Below, in pieces: positions 36,768 through 46,011 of a stretch of DNA of 64,000 nucleotides (the stretch's first letter is position 1; every line of letters starts with the position of its first letter). Source of the DNA: a virus (Duplodnaviria > Caudoviricetes). Location: IMG/VR virus record IMGVR_UViG_3300025012_000029, positions 137,145-201,144 of that record; one strand, written 5' to 3'. A model generated the notes under the pieces. That model saw only the letters and a list, made by a program, of their open reading frames with translations, was not told where the DNA came from and did not search any database. Made by a program: the position numbers and the translations under genes.

Positions 36768-37241
36768 CTAAACAGGTTCAATTGTTAAAATATTCAATGA
36801 ATAAGTTTGTTGTAGCATGCTGCTTACTGTTAATATTACATAATTGGGATCATTAACTGAATTTGGAACAACCGATTCAACAGTTAAAGATGGAGTAAAA
36901 ATATAATTTTGTGGATTTGTTAAAGCAAAATTGTTAATAACAGGAAAAGAAAACAAAACCTTAACTTCTGTATTTGATAGTGCCGTTACTGTAATTGATA
37001 ACGGTTCATCACATATTGACACTCTATCAAATGGTGGCTGAACTGCTAAATATACTGAAATATCTGTTGAAACCGCAACTCGCGAAACCAATAAAGCAGG
37101 ATATGTATTCGAAGCGCTTCCAGTTGCTGTGTTAATGGCTGCAGCTCTAAAGGAAATAGAATTTATTTCCGGAGAAGTATTAAAAATATTTAATGCTGGA
37201 TAAAAGTTAGGTATCGGTAACGATCCAGAAAAAGTTGCCAT
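36768..37241 (-). CDS. Probable virion structural protein (beta-rich)
   Basis: S/T/N/V-rich; follows two probable structural genes. Confidence 0.55.
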   Translation of the reverse strand: MATFSGSLPIPNFYPALNIFNTSPEINSISFRAAAINTATGSASNTYPALLVSRVAVSTDISVYLAVQPPFDRVSICDEPLSITVTALSNTEVKVLFSFPVINNFALTNPQNYIFTPSLTVESVVPNSVNDPNYVILTVSSMLQQTYSLNILTIEPV

Positions 37242-37246
37242 TTACA

Positions 37247-38638
37247 TTAAGTAGCGCCTGGACCTATTCCTATCAAGAAACTTGAGAATGATAAACTTAC
37301 AAAAGCCTTATAATCGTCAGTTATGGCATCACCACCTGTTCTCATAATATCTTGATCATTTTGAACACTTATTGGAAATGCTACAAATCCTACCATACGT
37401 CCTCTTATTCCTGTTGGGGCGGTCCCGCGCTGTAAGAAAATGTCTCTTCCTTGATGATAATCCGTTGAATCTGGATCTATATAAGATTCAGTTATTCCAG
37501 TATCTAATATTTGTGTCATTGTTTGCGCAGTAGCTGGACTTGTTGGATCTCTAGTCATATCTAAATGAAATATAAATCTCGCCGTGCGCGACGAGAAGGT
37601 GTCGGATGGAGAAGTTCCTAACCCACCAAAAATTAGTAATGGTAACGGATCTTCTCCAACAAGAGTTCCTGACGGATATGAATTAGATAAAACGCACCCA
37701 AATGAAGAGCTCGTTGGTTTTGACGTTACCAACACTCTTTCGAAAGATCCTGTACCGGCAGAACCACTAGGATGAACAAAAGATATTCTTTGTCCTGTCC
37801 TTATATTCGCAACATCTCTATCTAAACTTGCCGTTACAGCACCCGCTGTAATGTTTGTCAATAAAAATGCTCTTCCATTAAAATCTTGAGGAACATGATC
37901 TCTGCCAACTTCGCCTAGATAAAATGTTTGATACGTTCCACCTTGATTAACAAGTCCACACATTCTCCACTCATCATAATACATAAAACATGCCATATTA
38001 GCATCATTTAATGTCAGACCAACTCCATTATTAACTCCAGAATTATAATCACTTGTTGGATTATAGACAGCTAAAACATATCCACCAGAAACAGAATCAG
38101 CCGGAGTCGACAAGGTAGGTAACGATAAATATGTGAATGTATTTGTTGACGGAGCCGAACTAGTAGTTGTAATAATAAACCCGCCGTTTCCTGGACCGAT
38201 ATTAGTGGAAGTGATCCATCCTTCATGAAAAGAAGAAGAATGTGGTGTCCCATTAATAATAACATGATCTCCAGAAACTAAATTATGAGGAGCCGAGCAG
38301 GTTACTTGGATAATTGTGCTTGCACCAGTAGAACGTGATATTTGCGATATAATGATTGGATTTGAAAAACCCTTTTCACCAGAAAAACTAATAAATTTTA
38401 TTCTATCATCACAACAATTGCTTTGAGTATCTCTATAAATTGTAACATATCCCTTAGTTGGATCTGCTGTTGTGCCATTTATTCTAAAAACATCTTGTCG
38501 CCCAATTAAATCAGTATTTGGATGTAAAGAAGATGTGTTCATCGCAAAATGTGTCCACCCATTAGATGTCAACGCATTTTTGAAGAAAGTCATTAACGCA
38601 TCAATGTTTGCGATTCCGGCCGATTGAGTATATGCCAT
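37247..38638 (-). CDS. Probable tail/virion structural protein
   Basis: G/S/T-rich; TCSAPHNLVSGDHVII beta motif; paralog of 38961..40337. Confidence 0.65.
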   Translation of the reverse strand: MAYTQSAGIANIDALMTFFKNALTSNGWTHFAMNTSSLHPNTDLIGRQDVFRINGTTADPTKGYVTIYRDTQSNCCDDRIKFISFSGEKGFSNPIIISQISRSTGASTIIQVTCSAPHNLVSGDHVIINGTPHSSSFHEGWITSTNIGPGNGGFIITTTSSAPSTNTFTYLSLPTLSTPADSVSGGYVLAVYNPTSDYNSGVNNGVGLTLNDANMACFMYYDEWRMCGLVNQGGTYQTFYLGEVGRDHVPQDFNGRAFLLTNITAGAVTASLDRDVANIRTGQRISFVHPSGSAGTGSFERVLVTSKPTSSSFGCVLSNSYPSGTLVGEDPLPLLIFGGLGTSPSDTFSSRTARFIFHLDMTRDPTSPATAQTMTQILDTGITESYIDPDSTDYHQGRDIFLQRGTAPTGIRGRMVGFVAFPISVQNDQDIMRTGGDAITDDYKAFVSLSFSSFLIGIGPGAT

Positions 38639-38660
38639 TTATCTTCTTTCCTAACTAACT

Positions 38661-38918
38661 CTAACTCATTTCAAAGTTAAAATTTTCTATTCCTGAGTCA
38701 AAGAAATTTATCGTTCCGGAACAACTGTTAGTTCCGCTCCACTGAATGGATGGAAGCGAATTAACATCTCCATTTTCAATGGAGTCGGCAATTGATCTTA
38801 AAATAGTTGCCACAGCATTTCTTCTACCAATTTTTGGATGACTAGCTATCATAGCATTATCAATATTGACAATATTTTCAAGTTCTTCCACAGAAGTTGC
38901 TATTTTTTTTCTTGCCAT
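38661..38918 (-). CDS. Hypothetical protein
   Basis: ORF preceded by the ACTATTTA motif. Confidence 0.55.
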   Translation of the reverse strand: MARKKIATSVEELENIVNIDNAMIASHPKIGRRNAVATILRSIADSIENGDVNSLPSIQWSGTNSCSGTINFFDSGIENFNFEMS

Positions 38919-38960
38919 AAAATTAATCTCTAGTCATAAATAGTTCTTATTTTCTAAATA

Positions 38961-40337
38961 TTACGAACTCATAGGTCCTATAGCTAAAGAAAATGATCCA
39001 CCCATAGTTGTTGAACTTGGCCAAGATTGATAATCGCCAGACCCTGATGCTCCAGTTGTAATTATATCTTTATTTGATTGTGGACCGATTGGAAAAGTAA
39101 CAAAACCAACCAATCTTCTAATCCCTGTTGGAGCAGTAGAGCTTCGAACAAATATATATCTTCCGTTAAGATAATCCATAGCGTCAGGATCAATATCGGC
39201 TTCAGTCAAACCAGTAGGTTGATTCGCAAAATATATTTGTTTATTTCTAGGGTTTAATTCATCTCTAGTACAATTATTATAAAATATAAAGTTTATATCT
39301 CTTTGATTGAGTGACAAATTACTTGACGGATTTCCCCCTAATACACCTAAAACCATCGACGGAACTGGATCCTCTCCAACAAGAGTTCCAGAAGGATATG
39401 AATTCGCTAAGACACATCCGAACGAAGAACTAGTTGGTTTCGAAGTTATTGTAGTTCTTTCGAAGGAGCCGGTCCCTGCTGATCCACTCGGGCAGATAAA
39501 GCATATTTTTTGCCCTACTCTTATATTTTCTACATTTCTATCTAAACTTGCTGTTACGGATCCTGAACCAATATTGGTAGATATATATGCCCTGCCTCTA
39601 AAGTCCAGAGGAATGTGATCGCGGGAAGTTTCTCCAATATAGAATGTCTGAAGCGCATTGCTTTGACTTACAATACCACATGCTCTGAAAGCATCATGAT
39701 ACATATGTATTGAAATTGATCCAGTTAAAATTAAATCTATTCCTTGTCCTGCTGCTGTAGATCGATCTCCGCCTACATTATACACAGCTAATACATTTCC
39801 ACCTGAAGCTGTGTTTGCGGTTGTGTAATTTGAAAAATATGTAAATGATGAAGTTGTAGCTACGCTAAATACTTTTGCTCCCTGTATTGGTCCATGACTA
39901 GTGTTTGGTGACCAACCTTCATTCATTTCAGGTCGATCGGCTCCATTTATTATTATAGTGTCTCCAACTTCTAAATTATGTGGTTCGTTGGATGTAGCGA
40001 ATATAAGACTTCCACCCGATGATCTCGACAAGGATGATATTGAAACCGGATTGTCAAAGTTTTTTGCTCCTGTAAAAGTTATGAATCCAATCCTATTAGT
40101 GCTATTTGAAGAATATGTGTGTCTATAGGCAGAAATATAAAATCGTGTTGGATCGGAAACACTTCCTGTTGATCTGAAAATTATTTCTCTTCCAACAATT
40201 CCATTTAACATATTTGGTGGACTTACACTAGAAGTGTTTATTTCTAATACTTGCCATCCAGAAGATGTTAAAGCATTCTTTAAAGTTGTAAGAAAGGCAT
40301 CAGAACCAGAAACATTTATTGCTTGTGTAAATGCCAT
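38961..40337 (-). CDS. Probable tail/virion structural protein
   Basis: TSNEPHNLEVGDTIII; shares GSAGTGSFER and YPSGTLVGEDP with 37247..38638. Confidence 0.65.
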   Translation of the reverse strand: MAFTQAINVSGSDAFLTTLKNALTSSGWQVLEINTSSVSPPNMLNGIVGREIIFRSTGSVSDPTRFYISAYRHTYSSNSTNRIGFITFTGAKNFDNPVSISSLSRSSGGSLIFATSNEPHNLEVGDTIIINGADRPEMNEGWSPNTSHGPIQGAKVFSVATTSSFTYFSNYTTANTASGGNVLAVYNVGGDRSTAAGQGIDLILTGSISIHMYHDAFRACGIVSQSNALQTFYIGETSRDHIPLDFRGRAYISTNIGSGSVTASLDRNVENIRVGQKICFICPSGSAGTGSFERTTITSKPTSSSFGCVLANSYPSGTLVGEDPVPSMVLGVLGGNPSSNLSLNQRDINFIFYNNCTRDELNPRNKQIYFANQPTGLTEADIDPDAMDYLNGRYIFVRSSTAPTGIRRLVGFVTFPIGPQSNKDIITTGASGSGDYQSWPSSTTMGGSFSLAIGPMSS

Positions 40338-40347
40338 ATTTTCCTAA

Positions 40348-41706
40348 GTGAACTACCCACACACGCCAACGGCAATGGGATGGGCTTCGGGTTTCACAGA
40401 GTGTGCTTTGTTGCCAAAGTCTGATTTCCTCTCCACCCTTGTAATGGGCAGTCCATGCCCATATATTTTCAATCCTTCTTTAAGTATGTTCCTTGCAGCA
40501 TTTAAATCACGGTCTAATACGTGTCCATTCTTGCAAGTCCATTTTCTTATAGAAAGATTTAAGTCTTGATTTATATAGCCACACTCACAGCAGGTTTTTG
40601 ACGATGGATACCAGCGATTGATTTTAACGATTTGTTTATCATTCCAATCTGCTTTGTATTCAAGCAATCTTACAAACGTTCCCCAACTGGCATCTGATAT
40701 GTGTTTTGCAAGTTTGTGGTTTTTAACCATTCCCTTTACATTCAAATCTTCTAATGCAATTATATCATAATCTGATACTAATTGACGGGATACTTTGTGT
40801 AAATTATCCATTCGTGAGTTGGTTATCTTCTCGTGGATTAAGGCTGTTTTTCGTCTTTGTTTTTCAAACGAAAAGCTTCCTTTTGTTTTACGAGAAAGAT
40901 GTTTTTGAGCTTCCGCTAACTTTCTTTCATATTGTTTTGTGTATTTGTTATTCTTAAATTTAATTCCATCAGAAGTAATAGCAAAGTCTTTTAATCCCAA
41001 GTCTATTCCACAAACCGCACCTGTCTTTTCTTTTGGCTGATATTGTTCTTCTGATAGAATTGATACAAAGTATTTTCCTGTTGGCGTTTTGCTTAAAGTA
41101 CATTTCCCAATTTCACCTTTTACTTCTCGGTGAACATTAACCTTAATTCCTTCTTTAAACTTCGGGGCATAAAACCTATCTGCTTCAAGTTTTGCGAATT
41201 GAGGAACAGTAAATGTATTTTTCTTTTTCCTTGACTTAAATCGTGGAAACTTAGCATTACCACGAAAGAAGTTTACATAGGCAGTATCCAAACATCTTAA
41301 AGCAAATTGTAATGATTGGCTGTTAACTTCTTTAAGCCAAACAGTTTCCTCTTTTTTCTTTAATTCAGTTAGTGTTGCTGCCTGTGCATAGTAATTATCT
41401 GATTTTTTGTCTGCTTGATACTGCTCTTTTCGCTCATTTAGAAAATGATTATACACAAATCGGGTACACCCAAAGTGCTTTTCCAACAACATCTTTTGCT
41501 CTTGTGTTGGTTGTAATTCGAATTTATATGTCCGAAATATTGTTTTCATCTATTAGTAAATAGTCTATTTTTTTACAAAAATACATCTTTTTCGCATAAC
41601 CGCTACATTTTTTGTACAAATATTCTTTCACAAGGTTAATTTACTATATTTGTGCCTTACATCCCATCCACGCTAAAGCAATAAATGGGTTTTACGGCAC
41701 GTTTTA
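40348..41706 (-). mobile_element. IS200/IS605-family element carrying tnpB only
   Basis: Left end TTTAT|TAAAACGTGCCGTAAAACCC with hairpin; right end GGGTAGTTCAC; no tnpA ORF. Confidence 0.85.
40353..41549 (-). CDS. tnpB: TnpB RNA-guided endonuclease
   Basis: HTH start (YKFELQPT), RuvC GIDLG, ALEDL, DRDLNAARN all intact, Zn ribbon CCECG. Confidence 0.95.
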   Translation of the reverse strand: MKTIFRTYKFELQPTQEQKMLLEKHFGCTRFVYNHFLNERKEQYQADKKSDNYYAQAATLTELKKKEETVWLKEVNSQSLQFALRCLDTAYVNFFRGNAKFPRFKSRKKKNTFTVPQFAKLEADRFYAPKFKEGIKVNVHREVKGEIGKCTLSKTPTGKYFVSILSEEQYQPKEKTGAVCGIDLGLKDFAITSDGIKFKNNKYTKQYERKLAEAQKHLSRKTKGSFSFEKQRRKTALIHEKITNSRMDNLHKVSRQLVSDYDIIALEDLNVKGMVKNHKLAKHISDASWGTFVRLLEYKADWNDKQIVKINRWYPSSKTCCECGYINQDLNLSIRKWTCKNGHVLDRDLNAARNILKEGLKIYGHGLPITRVERKSDFGNKAHSVKPEAHPIAVGVCG

Positions 41707-41723
41707 ATAAAAAACTTGGAAGA

Positions 41724-42086
41724 TTATGAATTTTTCTTTTTATCTTCCCAATATTTTTGCATCCTCAATTTTGCTGCTTCAGATTTTACAGAACTCTTTT
41801 CCTTCTTCGTAGAAGATACCTTTCTAAAAGCTCCATGAATCCCACGAAAAGCCTTTCTATCAATGTGAAATTGAACACCTTCTTCAGTAGCTTTGAACTT
41901 TATAATTGAACTTCCACATTTCTCAATTATTTTTGATGCGTCCGATCGATTTGTCCAAAGTGACACATATCCATCTGCTTTTTCGGCGCCATTGTCGAGA
42001 AGAATACTTTCGGACTCAGGATTAACGCCTCCCTTGCCTTTAAAGGCAGTTTTTATAGCTTCAAGTGTATCAAGTTTTTTAGTCAT
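41724..42086 (-). CDS. Hypothetical protein
   Basis: ORF in operon. Confidence 0.6.
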   Translation of the reverse strand: MTKKLDTLEAIKTAFKGKGGVNPESESILLDNGAEKADGYVSLWTNRSDASKIIEKCGSSIIKFKATEEGVQFHIDRKAFRGIHGAFRKVSSTKKEKSSVKSEAAKLRMQKYWEDKKKNS

Positions 42087-42675
42087 TAAAAATACCCCAT
42101 CGTGCTCGTTTGGTAAGATTCAAAAGAGCATATGCTGTCAATTTAGCATCTCCAATAGCAGTATGTCTAATATTTTGTTCATATGGAACTCTAGCAATTT
42201 GAAGGAGAAAATCTAAATTTGGTGATCTCTCTTTGTCAGCCGACTCAGACATTTGGAGAAATTGAACTATTGATGCTGTATCGACGGTTCTATGAGAAAA
42301 AATCTGTTTAATATTATATGAATGAGAGGCCAATCTAAACAATCTTTTCAGAAAAGAAACATCGAAACTTACGTTATGTCCCCCAAGAACAACTGGTTTT
42401 CCAAATGGAAATTCTTTATTTATTGAATTTACTATTTCCTCAACCGCTTGAGTAGGAGAAATTCCGTTTTGGATAATTTCGTTTAGATTTATTTTATTCA
42501 CTTCCATAGCTTCTTTTTGAACACATAGATACGGCTCTCTTACAAGAATATTAAATATTTCATGAACTGTAGAATTTTTAATATCTAAAGCAACTCCAGC
42601 AATACTCAATAAACTATGTTCAGAAGAATCCAATCCACCAGTTTCAGTATCGATAACCAATATCTTGTTTGTCAT
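42079..42675 (-). CDS. DEDDh 3'-5' exonuclease (DnaQ-like)
   Basis: VIDTETGG, GHNVSFD, HTAIGD. Confidence 0.9.
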   Translation of the reverse strand: MTNKILVIDTETGGLDSSEHSLLSIAGVALDIKNSTVHEIFNILVREPYLCVQKEAMEVNKINLNEIIQNGISPTQAVEEIVNSINKEFPFGKPVVLGGHNVSFDVSFLKRLFRLASHSYNIKQIFSHRTVDTASIVQFLQMSESADKERSPNLDFLLQIARVPYEQNIRHTAIGDAKLTAYALLNLTKRARWGIFND

Positions 42676-43013
42676 TTACTATCCTTTCGGAGAACTTCCT
42701 CCTTGTTCAATTTTTCGAACAATTTCTCTTTAAAGAGAACTTCTATCTCCATTTGTAATCTCAAATTTTCTTTTTTGAAATTTTCTATTTCTTTTTTTTG
42801 AATTTTAATATGCTCCATTAGAGCTTTTACGTCTTTCCATCTACGTGCAGAATTATATATTTCAGGAGGAAATTCTTCAATATTCTGAATTTGATTGAAC
42901 CAAGCTTCATCATGAAATTGCCCATTAAGCCCTTTAATTATAATTTTATTAGATGTAGCGGAAACGGAATGAAATTGTGGCAATTTCAAAGGCTCTATTT
43001 TAGGTTTGGACAT
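42672..43013 (-). CDS. Hypothetical coiled-coil protein
   Basis: IYNSARRWKDVKALM. Confidence 0.55.
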   Translation of the reverse strand: MSKPKIEPLKLPQFHSVSATSNKIIIKGLNGQFHDEAWFNQIQNIEEFPPEIYNSARRWKDVKALMEHIKIQKKEIENFKKENLRLQMEIEVLFKEKLFEKLNKEEVLRKDSK

Positions 43014-43047
43014 GTCTTATACTATCATAAATCCAAACAAAGTCAAC

Positions 43048-43275
43048 CTATGTGTCTTTTTTAATTGAATTTAATTGTTTAGAATATTCCTCTAATCGTT
43101 TATTTAATTCGTTTACTCTCAATTTGATATTTTCTGCTTTTAAAGCATAAATTTCACTTTTGAGTTCTTTGATTCTATTCATTAAAGACTGAATATCTTT
43201 CCATCTCCTTGCCGAAGAATATATGTTTATGTCATATTCTATGTGATTAACAGAACCACTTATGCTCATTTTCAT
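43048..43275 (-). CDS. Hypothetical coiled-coil protein, paralog of 42672..43013
   Basis: IYSSARRWKDIQSLM. Confidence 0.55.
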   Translation of the reverse strand: MKMSISGSVNHIEYDINIYSSARRWKDIQSLMNRIKELKSEIYALKAENIKLRVNELNKRLEEYSKQLNSIKKDT

Positions 43276-44120
43276 TACATATTTTCACCAAGAATATTAA
43301 AGAATTCAGGACGATTTTTTGACCAAGTAATATTGGGACGATTCGCATTCTTTTTAAAAGTCATTGGGTCGGTAACGTAAGCATTCATATAAGATTCTAG
43401 TAATGTTATTGTTTTGTCGTATGTTCTAAATGAATTCCAAAATGCCCTTCCGAATGTTGTTCCATACGAAACATGATCGTCGTCTGTAGCAGAAATAAAA
43501 ATGTATTCAGATAGCCGTTCCTCATCTTCAATGGTTCCCCAATAACAGAAATCAGTAAATACAATACCAATACGTGGATTTATTGTTGATAATATTTCTA
43601 TAAACATTTCCTTAGTGAGATTTTCTACTTTATTGAGAGCAAAAGCTGACTTTCTTATATTTCCAACTTTATTTCCATGTCCAGTCATATAAATAAGCAA
43701 AGAATCATTTTCCGTTACATGTGTTTTAAGCCATCCAAACATAATCAAAATTGATTTTTCATTGGTTGAGTCTGTGATTGGGAATACCGCCGGGTTCCCA
43801 CCCTCCGAGTCAAAAATGAATATATCCCTTCTATTATATCCTTGTTCTATGAGCACCTGGTATGCTAGTGAAAGATTATTCCTATGTCTATCTTCAGAAT
43901 TGCCAGCAATCAAAACAGCATAATGATGCTGTGCTTTATCTTCGTTAGCGCCGAGAAGCTTTAATCTATTTTCCAAACGAATTGGAGATGGGGGAATGTA
44001 AACTGAATAAGTCATGCGGAATGTTTCCGCACAACCTACTGTTAGCAGTAACAAAATATAACTGAATAGTTGCCACACATAATAAGTAGTGTTAACGGAA
44101 AGTGTGAGAATCGAACTCAC
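43275..44120 (-). CDS. Caspase-fold peptidase (C13/legumain-like), probable lipoprotein; true start likely MWQLFSY
   Basis: HYAVLIAG, LLIYMTGHG, FTDFCYWG (His-Gly and Cys dyad); LLTVGC lipobox; called start lies inside a tRNA. Confidence 0.75.
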   Translation of the reverse strand: MSSILTLSVNTTYYVWQLFSYILLLLTVGCAETFRMTYSVYIPPSPIRLENRLKLLGANEDKAQHHYAVLIAGNSEDRHRNNLSLAYQVLIEQGYNRRDIFIFDSEGGNPAVFPITDSTNEKSILIMFGWLKTHVTENDSLLIYMTGHGNKVGNIRKSAFALNKVENLTKEMFIEILSTINPRIGIVFTDFCYWGTIEDEERLSEYIFISATDDDHVSYGTTFGRAFWNSFRTYDKTITLLESYMNAYVTDPMTFKKNANRPNITWSKNRPEFFNILGENM

Positions 44121-44163
44121 TCAGGAAATTTAGCAAATTTCCGTCTCTCCAAGTAGACTTTCC
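44096..44163 (-). tRNA. Atypical tRNA-Ser(GCT), reduced D-arm and no long variable arm
   Basis: GGAAAGT/ACTTTCC acceptor, G73, 6-bp anticodon stem, loop TTGCTAA, TTCGATT T-loop. Confidence 0.6.
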
Positions 44164-44167
44164 AAAA

Positions 44168-44241
44168 TGTTTCGGGGTGGATTCGAACCACCATCGCCCA
44201 CGCCTTCAACGTGGCGCTCTACCAATTGGAGCTACCGAAAC
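44168..44241 (-). tRNA. tRNA-Phe(GAA)
   Basis: Canonical cloverleaf, loop TTGAAGG. Confidence 0.9.
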
Positions 44242-44321
44242 AAAAAGCCCCATTACAAGGCTTATGTTACGACATAAATGTCTTATTTATTTAAGAATTT
44301 TCTAATTGTTAGGTTTCGAAA

Positions 44322-44555
44322 TTAGAAACTAGCGTCGTAGGTTTGCTCTGTCGAGACAGAACCATCAGCATTGCGCACGCGAAGTGTGGTATTGATACCA
44401 AAGTCAGAAGCAGCAAGACGAGCTCGCCTTCGCCCCTCTTGTTCCGCTTCACGCCGGGTCTCCGTTCGCTTAACGCAAGTACCCTTTCCAGTGACTACCT
44501 TCCAGCCACCAATATTTCTATCCGAGCGAACTTCATATAGCCTATGATTTTTCAT
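44322..44555 (-). CDS. Small DUF2188-like protein
   Basis: GGWKV...TRREAEQEGRRRAR...VRNADGS...TY pattern. Confidence 0.6.
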   Translation of the reverse strand: MKNHRLYEVRSDRNIGGWKVVTGKGTCVKRTETRREAEQEGRRRARLAASDFGINTTLRVRNADGSVSTEQTYDASF

Positions 44556-44608
44556 TATTAATTATTACCTCTTTGTTTTTAAATCTCAATATTTCATTGA
44601 GTATCTTT

Positions 44609-44637
44609 ACTTTACAGCATTTTGTTTGCTGTGTCAA
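44609..44637 (-). promoter_or_regulatory. Sigma70-like promoter
   Basis: TTGACA-17 nt-TAAAGT. Confidence 0.5.
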
Positions 44638-44657
44638 TAGGAAAATTTCTTTTCCTA

Positions 44658-44730
44658 CGTCTCTGGCAGGGTTCGAACCTGCTACCTCATTTTTAGGGGA
44701 AATGCGTTCTTCCTTATGAACTACAGAGAC
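44658..44730 (-). tRNA. tRNA-Arg(CCT) with C33
   Basis: GTCTCTG/CAGAGAC acceptor; loop CCCCTAA. Confidence 0.8.
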
Positions 44731-44748
44731 ATTTAGCATAAAATCTCA

Positions 44749-44819
44749 AGCCTATATAGGGAATTAAACCCTAGTTTCAACTTTACCAAAGTTGTGTATT
44801 ATCACTATACTATACAGGC
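44749..44819 (-). tRNA. tRNA-Thr(GGT), degenerate T-loop
   Basis: CAACT-TTGGTAA-AGTTG; T-loop TTTAATT. Confidence 0.7.
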
Positions 44820-45467
44820 AAAATACTTGTCAAACACTTTTTCAAATAATTTCATTGTTTCTTTTAATTCATTTTTGTGATCTTTGAGATAATCTTTTAA
44901 CCCAGAATTCAGTCCAGTGCTTAAATAAGCATGTATTTCGTCATCCAAAACACTTTCATCATACATATTGTCATAAAGAAATTTTCTTATCGCTTTGTTT
45001 AATTCTTTAGGAATTGATTTGAGAAGTGTTTTCATTTCTTCTTTATATTCTGGTATCATATTCCAAAAAGCATGTGATAATTCATGCTTATAAGTGCTTT
45101 CATCGCCTTTTTTGATTCCTATTAAATAAAATTCTTTTCCATATCTTTTTCTCATTGTATTGAATAATTTTTTCATGAAAAGATCATATTTGTTAATATC
45201 TGGAATTCCTTTTTTAAAAACATCATGAATTACACATCCAGAAATATTAAATCCGCCCCAGTCGTTAGGATATGTAAAACAACCTCTACCAAATGATTTA
45301 GAATACCATTCCATATAATCTATAAGAGAAAAAACATTATTTCTGAAAGATGGATTAGGTGATTCATAATATTCTTGAAATCTCAAGAAGTGCATTGCTA
45401 GATCATATTCGCTATCAAACGATAAAACAAATATTTTTGGATACACTTCATTGAATTCAAATTTCAT
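44805..45467 (-). CDS. Conserved hypothetical phage protein with HExxH
   Basis: FLRFQEYYESP, GFNISG, HELSHA. Confidence 0.7.
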   Translation of the reverse strand: MKFEFNEVYPKIFVLSFDSEYDLAMHFLRFQEYYESPNPSFRNNVFSLIDYMEWYSKSFGRGCFTYPNDWGGFNISGCVIHDVFKKGIPDINKYDLFMKKLFNTMRKRYGKEFYLIGIKKGDESTYKHELSHAFWNMIPEYKEEMKTLLKSIPKELNKAIRKFLYDNMYDESVLDDEIHAYLSTGLNSGLKDYLKDHKNELKETMKLFEKVFDKYFACIV

Positions 45468-45468
45468 T

Positions 45469-45540
45469 TGCTGACAAGAAGATTCGCACTTCTACCTATT
45501 ACTTACGGGGCAATAATACTTCTAATTATACTATGTCAGC
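45469..45540 (-). tRNA. tRNA-Thr(CGT) with C33 and TGC T-loop
   Basis: GCTGACA/TGTCAGC acceptor; loop CCCGTAA; T-loop TGCGAAT. Confidence 0.7.
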
Positions 45541-45544
45541 TCTA

Positions 45545-45919
45545 TTAGAAAAGTAAACGAACATTATGATGTCTATCAGAAATCTTAGATAATTCTTTCT
45601 TTATCACTTCTTCCCATATGTTGAATTTGTTTGCCAATCCAGAACCTAATTGGGAAATTAGCCAAAGCGTATTAGGTGATTTCCTTATTTCAAATTCAAG
45701 TTTAGATAATTCTTTTTCAAATACTTTTCTGTATTCTTCTGGTTTATAAAAACTATCATCGTTGTTATTTGGATATTTCTTTGTGATAAATCCATATGTA
45801 TTTGGTTCACTTCGAAACATCGCTGCGCCAGCAAAACCTTTTCTTAACCGATTGTCTCCATATACAAAAATTGTATTAGGGTTTTTTCGAAGGTATTCTT
45901 TTGTTATTAACATAACCAC
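45545..45919 (-). CDS. Hypothetical protein, macro-domain/DUF7831-like
   Basis: IFVYGDN...GFAGAA...TKKYP...LGSGLA. Confidence 0.65.
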   Translation of the reverse strand: MVMLITKEYLRKNPNTIFVYGDNRLRKGFAGAAMFRSEPNTYGFITKKYPNNNDDSFYKPEEYRKVFEKELSKLEFEIRKSPNTLWLISQLGSGLANKFNIWEEVIKKELSKISDRHHNVRLLF

Positions 45920-45925
45920 TCTCCA

Positions 45926-46001
45926 TGAACACGAAAGGATTCGAACCTTTGCTGTCCGACTGATTTCTCTCCCGGATGCCGTCCCGCTTGGCTACGTGTC
46001 C
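45926..46001 (-). tRNA. tRNA-like gene with a 12-nt anticodon loop; identity undefined
   Basis: GGACACG/CGTGTTC acceptor, normal D and T arms; TCCGG-GAGAGAAATCAG-TCGGA. Confidence 0.55.
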
Positions 46002-46011
46002 AATATTTAAA

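Noticed and set aside
44542-44739. ORFs that begin in or run through tRNA genes (also 48805..48996 start, 53703..53912, 51020..51241, 52824..53051)
   Set aside because: Translations of tRNA sequence; where a real gene follows, the true start is downstream
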